Both the position numbers and the translations under genes were made by a program. The notes beneath the pieces were generated by a model. The model searched no databases. It saw only the letters and a program-made list of their open reading frames with translations, and was not told the DNA's origin. Source: Giardia intestinalis (Eukaryota). Taken from it: a stretch of DNA of 64,000 nucleotides. Below, one piece after another: positions 57,677-64,000 of the stretch. Each line of letters opens with the position of its first letter. Within the stretch, counting starts at the first letter, position 1. The DNA lies in assembly GCA_000002435.2 (NCBI GenBank), contig CM018789.1; one strand, 5' to 3'.

Positions 57677-60448
57677 ATGGATTTTGGAGCCGCTGGGGCC
57701 TTGGACGATGTGCAAAGTCAGGAGGGGTTCCTCCATATTAACCAGATGGCCGACATGCTCTACAATTGCATTAAGAAGCAGTTGAATGTTGCAGACGACG
57801 ACACAGTTAACGTCGCAGATGTCAGCTCCTTGGTCAATCTTCCGTTTGACGCACTCAAGGATTACGTAGATGACACTGGGAGAATAAGCATCAATGGGAT
57901 TGTCAATTGTGCCGTCAGCCAGCTGGCCCAGAACAACGTAAGGTCCATCCGCACAGAAACCCAGGATACTCAGGCTAGACAGCAAGGCTCGACACTCAGG
58001 AGGCTCACCGGGGAATTAAAGGCAATTACGCGGCGTCGGAGTGAGATTCTTGGTGCGCAGCCTTCCAACTCCTTCGATCCCGCCCCCTCTATTGCAAGCC
58101 TTTTGGGGTCGAACACACATGTATTCAGTAGTATTGCTGGCTCTACCCATCCCCAGGGCTTTAACATAGCTACCTTCAATGAGCTTAAGACAAAGAACTC
58201 AGATCTGTCTACACAGTTAAGCAAGGCAGATAAACAGATAGGAGAGCTCAAGAAGCTTGTCTTAGATAAGGACTACGAAATAGCCCAGCTCAATGAGCGG
58301 ATCAAGGGCCTGATGACTGATGCTGCCAGTGTCGTCTCTCTGCCGCAGCGGACTCCATCCATCTCATCCGCAGAGCTTCAGTCACTCCAGGCCACCCTTC
58401 ATGAACCCCTCATTGTTCTCAGAGGGATGCTTCAAGACCTCCACACAGCCATTGTACCTGCTCCGTTGTCTGGGCCGGCCGATAACTTTGTCTCTGACGA
58501 AACAGGTCTGGTAGATATGAACGTAGGAGATAGACGATCGAATGCGACGCTCAAGGAGCGTGTGGCTAAGATTCTGACTGCAACAGAGCGTATTTTGGAG
58601 GGACAAAATACGGCATTCAAGCAGCTGGAGGAAAAAGATGCCAGTATCCTTAAAGTCTTGACCTCCAGCTTCGAGTCTGTACAGTCACATCTTTCTTCTA
58701 CTCAGGATGTCGTTATCACCACATTAGAGAAGAGGGTGGGATCCATCAATGCCAAGTTAGCAGATACCGTTAAAGACTACATTGAGCATCTTTTTGCATC
58801 TATACCTATACCTTCCACATGTGGCCAACAGGCAAGTAGCTCCGATGGCCTGGAAAAGCAAGTCTTCGATACCGTTTTTTCCGAAAGTCGTGTGCAATCG
58901 AGGATAGAGCTTAAGGAGGTGATAAGGGATATCATGGCTGCCAGTTCTGAGTCTCTCATAGCTAAGCTGGACGAAATTAAGAGGGAAGTGGTAAAGGTAG
59001 AGAGGACCGATTCCGAAAGCACAGTGGGCGACAGACTGATGCCTACCGATCTAGCTAGCGTCATTGCAGCACAAACAAGTGAGCTGTCCCTTATCTTGTC
59101 CGATGTACAAGGTAAGGTCATTGAAGGTGTATCAACACACATAGAGCAGCGTCTTTCTCAGCTTCAGCTTGAGCTGGCACGTAATATGCACAACCTGAAG
59201 GAGCTCCTCACCCAAAACCTAGAGGCCTTTGTCCACCCGGCGAACCTGTCCGGGAAGCCCTCTGCCTCACATTCATCGATGGACTCCATGATACAGCACT
59301 GGGACGCGTCTCTTGTTGAAGGAATTGCTCAAGAAGTTGCTTTAAAGATTCAAGCACGACTAGATCAGTACCGTGATGCGGTGCTTTCTCAGATACCGCG
59401 AGAGCAAACTACTCTGTATGATCAACAGCCAGGCTTGGTCTCAGGCGTGTTGCAAGCATTTGTCGACTCTGTTTTTCCTGACCTCAAAGAGGGGTTTCAG
59501 GAGCTTATAACAAAGCAGTTTACAATCCACATGGAGACCTTTGCAGAAGAGCAGTTGCGTTTTGCAGAGGCGCTCTGCTGTGACTTCAAGAGCATCCTTC
59601 TGGACGACCCTCACAGAAACCACTCCCAGCAAATGCCGATTTCTGAGGCCACTCGGTTGGAGAATATGCTTCCTCTGCGCGCTAGCCCCACAGTACTGAC
59701 GGAGGAGGACAATCCAGGTTGCTCTCCGCAAGAGATAGTACAAGGAGTGTCCAAGTTGCTGGAGAAGAAGGCCCCTGTAATCTCTGGTATTATTACAAAA
59801 GCATCAAAGAGGTCGCTGGCAGCTGCTAGCAGACGGGACTCCGGACGTCTTGAGGAAAGTGCTCTGATCGTGTTCAACGATGAAAACGACAACGTAATTG
59901 ATGCATTGGTCAAGGAAAAGGATTTGCTCAACATATGTCCCGGGCTAGCTAATGAAGAAACAGGCCTGCAAGGCAAACCTCTAACGGAGATATCGTTAGC
60001 TATAGATCAAATCTGTACACAGCCGGCCCAGAGCAATGTCCCAGAGTCCTTCCACACTCTCAGATTTCCACCGCACTCGTTCCAGACCCTGCAGCATTAT
60101 CTTCCGGAGACCAACACCAAGCTCGATCTCATTGAAGATCATATTCTGCGACAGTTTGCAGACGTAAGAAGCTCCATCGATGGGCTGACCAAATCTATCA
60201 ACACCTCAACCTATATAACATCTAGCGAGGCCGCAAGGATGCGGCAAGAATACCGCGACGTCGCCATGACTATAGATGATATAAACGACGGGCTTGCAGC
60301 GGTTATAGAGTCGGAGTCTGCTAGGACGCTCTCGAATTTACGTCACATTGTCTGGGCCGACTATATTACCGTAACTGCTGTCTTGGCCCTCACGCTGGTC
60401 ATATTTTTCAACCTGATTGTGGTTCTTGCAACACATAACTGCACATAG
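57677..60448 (+). CDS. Large coiled-coil protein (923 aa) with a single C-terminal transmembrane segment (tail-anchored topology)
   Basis: ATG at 57677 (ccattttttagtATG). Long helical sequence; the last 30 aa, WADYITVTAVLALTLVIFFNLIVVLATHNCT, are hydrophobic. Confidence 0.6.
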   Translation: MDFGAAGALDDVQSQEGFLHINQMADMLYNCIKKQLNVADDDTVNVADVSSLVNLPFDALKDYVDDTGRISINGIVNCAVSQLAQNNVRSIRTETQDTQARQQGSTLRRLTGELKAITRRRSEILGAQPSNSFDPAPSIASLLGSNTHVFSSIAGSTHPQGFNIATFNELKTKNSDLSTQLSKADKQIGELKKLVLDKDYEIAQLNERIKGLMTDAASVVSLPQRTPSISSAELQSLQATLHEPLIVLRGMLQDLHTAIVPAPLSGPADNFVSDETGLVDMNVGDRRSNATLKERVAKILTATERILEGQNTAFKQLEEKDASILKVLTSSFESVQSHLSSTQDVVITTLEKRVGSINAKLADTVKDYIEHLFASIPIPSTCGQQASSSDGLEKQVFDTVFSESRVQSRIELKEVIRDIMAASSESLIAKLDEIKREVVKVERTDSESTVGDRLMPTDLASVIAAQTSELSLILSDVQGKVIEGVSTHIEQRLSQLQLELARNMHNLKELLTQNLEAFVHPANLSGKPSASHSSMDSMIQHWDASLVEGIAQEVALKIQARLDQYRDAVLSQIPREQTTLYDQQPGLVSGVLQAFVDSVFPDLKEGFQELITKQFTIHMETFAEEQLRFAEALCCDFKSILLDDPHRNHSQQMPISEATRLENMLPLRASPTVLTEEDNPGCSPQEIVQGVSKLLEKKAPVISGIITKASKRSLAAASRRDSGRLEESALIVFNDENDNVIDALVKEKDLLNICPGLANEETGLQGKPLTEISLAIDQICTQPAQSNVPESFHTLRFPPHSFQTLQHYLPETNTKLDLIEDHILRQFADVRSSIDGLTKSINTSTYITSSEAARMRQEYRDVAMTIDDINDGLAAVIESESARTLSNLRHIVWADYITVTAVLALTLVIFFNLIVVLATHNCT

Positions 60449-60464
60449 GTGCTGATTGGTTGGT

Positions 60465-62846
60465 CTAAAAGGCACTATTTGAGCCTGTGCTGTCTGGTCT
60501 GGGTGGTAGGTCAGCCAGCCAAGATAAGGACGCTGCTCCCTGGAAGCTTGGGGAGGATGGAGGAGACAGAGGATAAGATGTGCTGATAACCGAGGTATCT
60601 ATGCCTTCAGACGTGCTACTCTGTGTTGGCCTGGAACTGGTCCTGAGTGTGGTCTTCTTCCTTTGCACAAGAGCCATGTTGGCATAAGCTGTCACAAAGT
60701 CTATTTCTGCTTGTTTTCCGGCGAATATCCTTTCCATACGATCTAGCTCTTTTGATGCGACATCAAATAGCTCGGTCGTGAATTTAACCAGCCTTTCTGG
60801 GTCCCGAAAGTAAGAAAACGGCGGGACTATCGTCCTTTTTGCCAAGGAGGTCCACTCTCTGTGGAGCCTGTCAGCATGTGCAACTAATATCTTATCCAGA
60901 AGAAGATGAGTGGCATCATTACCTTGATCGTATAGCATTTGCATGCTCTCGCATAGCAATTCTGATTTCATTACAGCCTCTACAAATCTATCCTCTGGTA
61001 TCTGTCCTTTGTTAGACTTTGAGTCAATGACTAACATACTTTTTCTTTCCTCTTCACTCGTGTGGATGCAAAGCTTTGCGTATGATGCAGCAATCTGCTG
61101 TAGGACCAACCCTGTCCGCGTGTGAAGGAGTGATGCAGTGACTTGCTGGTAAAGGTTATCTATATAAAAACATTGATTGACGAGTAAAGAGTAAAGGGAT
61201 TCCTCGACGTGAGTTGAGCATTTAGTGCGAGAATTCCCAGAGGCGCTTGATTTTCTGGTATCTGGTGCATGGGCTTTTGGCAACGCAGACGGCTCCACGA
61301 GGGATCCAATGCACGCCCGGAGCCGTGCATTCTCGCCAGCCAAGATGGCTATCGTCTCGTGAGACTCCTGAGAGGAACTGTCTTTGTTTAGGAGAAGTAA
61401 AACATCTGGCAAATGCTTTTCAAGCTTAGTCAGAGATATGCCAATCGAGGACAAATATGCTTCCGCGATGGCACGGCTATTGACCTCCATTGAAGAGTCA
61501 CAGCCAGACACAGACTCTATGTCCGTGGCAAAGCTTTTAGGCCTGCTCCGGTCTGGAAGGCTCTTGCACCGCTCTGCAAACGCAAGCGTTGACAAGGTCT
61601 CTGGTAGAGATGCTAGGTCTGGAGATAATGTTACTATCGCTACCATCCTGCTTTCACCAGCCAAAGAGGGCTTTAGAAGCTTCGTCAGCAGTGAGTCTCT
61701 GTACGGTACATGGGATATCTTCTTTCCTAAAGCTTGCTTTGACAGTGCACTTACAACGTTGCCGAGAGCAGAGAGGGACTGGTTAATATGGGTGGCCTCA
61801 GAGAGCCGAACCCCGTCTGATTTGCTCGCCTTAACTCGTTCGCTACCCGCTAGATCACAGAGGTAAAAGATTGCTTCGAAGGCAGGCGCATCAAACTGTG
61901 TCCTTGCCAGTGTCTTAGCATATGTTTGGAAACTCCTGGTTGTGCTTGTAGAGACGTGTAGCTCGTCCAAAGGACGTAATATCGCACTGTTCTGTTTTTC
62001 TAGCCGTGGTATGTTAGACTTCCTTCGCTCTTTGGCTAAAGCTGGAGCTGCACTATTTGCTCTTGGAGCCCTGTAACAGGCCCCTTGAGTAGTTCCAGAG
62101 AATTCTTCAGTGGTGTTTTTCAAGTATTCTGCGCTAGTAATGAACAGCTGAGAAGATTGCTTATCTCCTAGGGCGCGCTTACAGAGTGCGACGCAGAGAA
62201 CTGTGTGCGATCGCGAGGATGACTTGTTCATCATTGTAGGCGCGGTTGTCCTGTTTTGCAGCCCCACTCTAACAACTGCCATAGCATCGGCAGCTGTGGA
62301 AACTGAAACACACGTAGCATTTGATATGTAAAAGAACCCTCCTGCTTCACGAAGACTAATCCTCCTGCGAGGAAGTAGCAAGTCTTCCAATTCATCATTA
62401 TAAATCTGCACCATCGAAAGCAGCAGCTGCGAGGTGGCAAAGTTGTGCTTCTGGGGACCATACTGTAGCTTGTGAAAGAGCCTATTGAAGAAGATGCCGC
62501 AAACACCCTCCTCTTTCAGGCTGGCCCTGTCCTCTGACAAAGCAGGAGTGTCGGCTTCGAACCCCATGGTGTGTGTCTTGCCGGACCCCGTCTGGCCGTA
62601 CACAAAGCATGTGCATGAATAGCCATCAAGAAAGTCAGCGACCAGCGGTCCCAGTGAAGAGTCATGCACGTCTACGCTGGTGACATTCGGCCCATAAACG
62701 CCGTCCAGGGTAAACGAGCGGATGTTTGCAAATGGAGGACGCACAACGACTGTGCAGTCCTGGGAGAAAAGGCACTGTGGGTTAGTGATCTCATCAGCAC
62801 TGATCGGGGGCCGTAGACGGGCGTAGACCTTCACGTGCCGCTGCAT
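60465..62846 (-). CDS. Kinesin-like protein (N-terminal motor domain, C-terminal coiled-coil tail)
   Basis: Motor motifs: VKVYARLRP (N-terminal), P-loop GQTGSGKTHTMG, switch I SSRSH, switch II DLAGSE. The track start at 62861 is a TTG; the real start is taken as the ATG at 62846 (MQRHVKVYARLRP) with tttttttgaattatgtcaatATG upstream. Confidence 0.85.
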   Translation of the reverse strand: MQRHVKVYARLRPPISADEITNPQCLFSQDCTVVVRPPFANIRSFTLDGVYGPNVTSVDVHDSSLGPLVADFLDGYSCTCFVYGQTGSGKTHTMGFEADTPALSEDRASLKEEGVCGIFFNRLFHKLQYGPQKHNFATSQLLLSMVQIYNDELEDLLLPRRRISLREAGGFFYISNATCVSVSTAADAMAVVRVGLQNRTTAPTMMNKSSSRSHTVLCVALCKRALGDKQSSQLFITSAEYLKNTTEEFSGTTQGACYRAPRANSAAPALAKERRKSNIPRLEKQNSAILRPLDELHVSTSTTRSFQTYAKTLARTQFDAPAFEAIFYLCDLAGSERVKASKSDGVRLSEATHINQSLSALGNVVSALSKQALGKKISHVPYRDSLLTKLLKPSLAGESRMVAIVTLSPDLASLPETLSTLAFAERCKSLPDRSRPKSFATDIESVSGCDSSMEVNSRAIAEAYLSSIGISLTKLEKHLPDVLLLLNKDSSSQESHETIAILAGENARLRACIGSLVEPSALPKAHAPDTRKSSASGNSRTKCSTHVEESLYSLLVNQCFYIDNLYQQVTASLLHTRTGLVLQQIAASYAKLCIHTSEEERKSMLVIDSKSNKGQIPEDRFVEAVMKSELLCESMQMLYDQGNDATHLLLDKILVAHADRLHREWTSLAKRTIVPPFSYFRDPERLVKFTTELFDVASKELDRMERIFAGKQAEIDFVTAYANMALVQRKKTTLRTSSRPTQSSTSEGIDTSVISTSYPLSPPSSPSFQGAASLSWLADLPPRPDSTGSNSAF

Positions 62847-62947
62847 ATTGACATAATTCAAAAAAACCTACAAGGAGCGGTCCGCCCGGCCCTTCTGCAC
62901 ATTTACACGTTCTGGTCATTTCTAGTTACTTTCATAAATAATAACTC

Positions 62948-64000
62948 TTATTTGTTGGTGCTAGAAGGGAACGCGGTGTTGCGTTTCTCCGAGATCTTAA
63001 AATCTTTGGGAGCACCCTGCCTGTTCAACCTCGTTTGCGGGCCCGGCTCATAATAGTCTACCTCGAAAAGCTTCTCGTCGACAACGGAACTCCCCAGAAG
63101 GCTTTTCTCCTCCCTCAACCTCTGGATCGCCTCCTTGGCCATGTCAGCTGTCGAGAACAGAACATTAACGTGGAACTTAGCCTGGTCAAGCTTGGGGTCC
63201 AGGACCTTGGGAGGAAACTTGATCTCATATACATCCTCGCCCCAGATGTCTCTAATTCTCCTTTCAAACTCTTTCTGATCCAAATCAAGCTTCAATCCAT
63301 AGATACTAATGTTCCTTTTAGACGAGCAGTACTTGACGAAGTTCTCGCGCATCACCCTCTTCAGCTGCAGCGAGCGCAACCCCCTCGAGAGGAACTTGCA
63401 AGCCTGGATATTATACTTCTCTGCGTTGTCTGCGAATCCCTTGATGATCCTTTCGGCGTCTTCAACTCCCCTGGCTTTTACGACACACCAGGAGTTGTCC
63501 GTCCTGAAGGGCTCGGGACGACTGTCCCTCCTCATAATAATGGATGTCAGGTAGTACTCCTCCAGAAGGGCCTCAAGAGGCTTTCCGCAGAAGGAAACCA
63601 TGAGCTGCTTGAACTTGTCCAGGTCGTCTGCGTACTCGGGGGGAATGTTCTTAATGAAGATTGAGTTAGTGTTGCTGATGCGCTCCTCTGCAGTAAGGTA
63701 GCGGGAAGAAGTGACCTTGTTCACGCCGAGGAACTTCCCATTCGTCTCCCTTACAGCACGGTCAGCCTCTTCGTCAGAAAGAAACATGACGTACCCCATG
63801 GCCGAGCCGATAGGCGCCTGCGTTTTGTCCTCGGCCCCTTTGACGCGGGTGTCCCGGTTTGATACTAGCTTAGCGCTCAGCACAGTTCCAAAGGTGGAGA
63901 ACACGGACCTCAGTCCACTTACTGTGACGTCCTTGGGTAAGTTCTGAACCACCATCATCCCCGTCTTGGCCTTAATCCTCTTGGCCAAGTCCTGGACAAA
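62948..64000 (-). CDS. PABP-like multi-RRM RNA-binding protein, 5'-partial (N-terminus lies beyond the window end)
   Basis: At least three RRM-like units (MMVVQNLPKDVTVSGLRSVFSTFGTVLSAKL...GYVMFLSDEEADRAV; SIFIKNIPPEYADDLDKFKQLMVSFCGKPLEA...WCVVKARGVEDAERII; NISIYGLKLDLDQKEFERRIRDIWGEDVYEIKF...VNVLFSTADMAKEAIQRL) with the spacing of PABP RRM2-4. The track start at 63988 is a TTG, and the frame stays open to position 64000. Confidence 0.6.
   Translation of the reverse strand, partial: FVQDLAKRIKAKTGMMVVQNLPKDVTVSGLRSVFSTFGTVLSAKLVSNRDTRVKGAEDKTQAPIGSAMGYVMFLSDEEADRAVRETNGKFLGVNKVTSSRYLTAEERISNTNSIFIKNIPPEYADDLDKFKQLMVSFCGKPLEALLEEYYLTSIIMRRDSRPEPFRTDNSWCVVKARGVEDAERIIKGFADNAEKYNIQACKFLSRGLRSLQLKRVMRENFVKYCSSKRNISIYGLKLDLDQKEFERRIRDIWGEDVYEIKFPPKVLDPKLDQAKFHVNVLFSTADMAKEAIQRLREEKSLLGSSVVDEKLFEVDYYEPGPQTRLNRQGAPKDFKISEKRNTAFPSSTNK

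Noticed and set aside
62861-62861. ORF-track start codons at 62861 (kinesin), 52325 (Vps33), 55198 (RPL39), 16348 (SR-rich), 21534 (697-aa ORF) and 63988 (PABP-like)
   Set aside because: Checked against the sequence these are TTG or GTG, not ATG. The track evidently allows alternative starts. For a eukaryote I moved each to the first downstream in-frame ATG with an AT-rich initiator. For the PABP-like gene I extended it as partial to the window edge.

Overview
This reads as a compact, essentially intron-free eukaryotic chromosomal segment. I assign it to Giardia (G. intestinalis/lamblia-like) on three observations from the sequence: a textbook variant-specific surface protein (VSP) ending in the invariant CRGKA tail; short AT-rich initiator stretches immediately 5' of nearly every ATG; and an AGTAAAC polyadenylation motif after the VSP stop. 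About 35 protein-coding genes are packed on both strands. The ones I can identify are ribosomal proteins uS7/S5, eL39 and eL33/L35a, a GAPDH paralog, the meiotic recombination gene Hop2, Vps33 (Sec1 family), zeta-COP, TTC1, an NIF/CTD-type phosphatase, a kinesin, ankyrin/RING proteins, RIIa- and Dpy-30-domain proteins, and a PABP-like RRM protein.

The dominant feature is a large palindrome of about 18.3 kb. Two essentially identical 8.29-kb inverted arms (25135-33420 and 35133-43418, symmetry axis at about 34276/34277) flank an asymmetric GC-rich spacer of about 1.7 kb. Each arm carries an identical 596-aa VSP gene, arranged tail-to-tail and converging on the spacer. Each arm also carries about 6 kb of sequence with no ORF over 122 aa, which is highly atypical for this gene-dense genome.

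A caution on the ORF track: it uses non-ATG (TTG/GTG) starts in several places, so I moved several gene starts to the first AT-rich-context ATG. No rRNA, tRNA or CRISPR features were found. Arm boundary coordinates are from hand alignment and are good to about +/-5 bp.
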